Origin: Pseudomonadota bacterium
Lineage (GTDB): Bacteria > Bdellovibrionota_B > Oligoflexia > Silvanigrellales > Silvanigrellaceae
Assembly (NCBI GenBank): GCA_041184525.1
Contig: JBEGJP010000317.1
Coordinates: 5,093-69,092, forward strand
DNA: 64,000 nucleotides
Direction: 5' to 3'
Position numbers and translations under genes: made by a program. Positions 63,681-64,000 of the stretch are shown here, piece after piece. How positions within the stretch are numbered: position 1 is the stretch's first letter; every line of letters starts with the position of its first letter. The notes below the pieces were generated by a model. That model saw only the letters and a list, made by a program, of their open reading frames with translations, searched no databases and was not told where the DNA came from.

Positions 63681-64000
63681 GTGTAAATCCACTCCTTGAT
63701 GGTGCCCTGCGCATCGGCTTTCAGTCCTTGTCTGCGGAATGCCCAGCACATGTAAGAAACCGAGACGAAAAAGCTCGCAGGGAGACGGTTCATGGCTGCA
63801 ATTTTAACACCCAGAAGAGTCGTGTTTCCGCCAAACCCCATCGGCCCGATTCCCAAAGAATTGGCTTCGGTCATAATGCGCTGTTCGAGCTCCGCCAATC
63901 GCGGATCGGAGTTTGTGTCTTCCATGGTGCGCAGAAAAAGTTTTTTCGAATAGGAATAGCCGGTGCTGCGATCACCGCCGATGACGACGCCGAGAATACC
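63677..64000 (-). CDS. Class I (Fe-S) fumarate hydratase, alpha subunit, 3' end only (5' part beyond the right window edge)
   Basis: The frame stays open to position 64000 (GILGVVIGGDRSTGYSYSKKLFLRTMEDTNSDPRLAELEQRI...GIGPMGFGGNTTLL). The track lists only the part from an internal Met. Confidence 0.8.
   Translation of the reverse strand, partial: GILGVVIGGDRSTGYSYSKKLFLRTMEDTNSDPRLAELEQRIMTEANSLGIGPMGFGGNTTLLGVKIAAMNRLPASFFVSVSYMCWAFRRQGLKADAQGTIKEWIYT

Noticed and set aside
1-64000. A search for mobile elements, prophage genes, integrases next to the tRNA, toxin-antitoxin pairs, restriction-modification or known defence systems, and CRISPR arrays.
   Set aside because: I could recognise none in any frame. 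The tRNA-Leu is flanked by ordinary genes with no direct repeat of its 3' end nearby. The window looks like conserved core chromosome.

Overview
This is a 64-kb core-chromosome-like window with about 60 protein genes and one tRNA. I recognised no rRNA, CRISPR array, transposase, integrase or phage genes. Most of it is housekeeping: kdsB opposite a LapB-like gene, rsmB, HU, a type-B succinate dehydrogenase operon (sdhCAB), an M16 peptidase pair, pgi, aroK, a Ctp protease, rsmA-tsaD, cysE, motAB, proline dehydrogenase, fabI, lptFG, gap, mutY, valS, orn, the operon rimP-nusA-(ylxQ-like)-infB-rbfA-truB, trxB, and a two-subunit class I fumarate hydratase cut by the right edge. The supplied ORF track omits edge-truncated ORFs. 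A 915-codon secreted HExxH protein on the minus strand (1..2745) is therefore missing from it. Many track ORFs are N-terminally over-extended, so I re-set starts from internal ATG/GTG/TTG codons with Shine-Dalgarno-like motifs. The lysine/alanine-rich H1-like modules, the sdhCAB type and the overall gene content suggest a Bdellovibrio-like (former delta-proteobacterial) lineage. That is inference only. The observations most worth a second look are: (1) an aldehyde-dehydrogenase-like domain with all three catalytic residues substituted, fused in frame to an internal signal peptide and an outer-membrane beta-barrel-like domain; (2) three separate histone-H1-like K/A-rich modules, one fused to the peroxiredoxin Bcp, one inserted in a receiver/PilZ-like protein, and one standalone with two AT-hooks; (3) a shikimate kinase with a long disordered tail containing 10 tandem 21-bp repeats under synonymous-only drift; (4) two perfect and one near-perfect DnaA boxes next to an AT-rich tract upstream of rimP-nusA-infB; (5) a secreted protein with strict 23-residue cysteine periodicity; (6) a PP2C / STAS / GGDEF arrangement interrupted by an opposite-strand tRNA-Leu; (7) a run of four uncharacterised small or membrane proteins upstream of prodh-motAB. 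All functional calls come from reading translations by eye. No database search was run.
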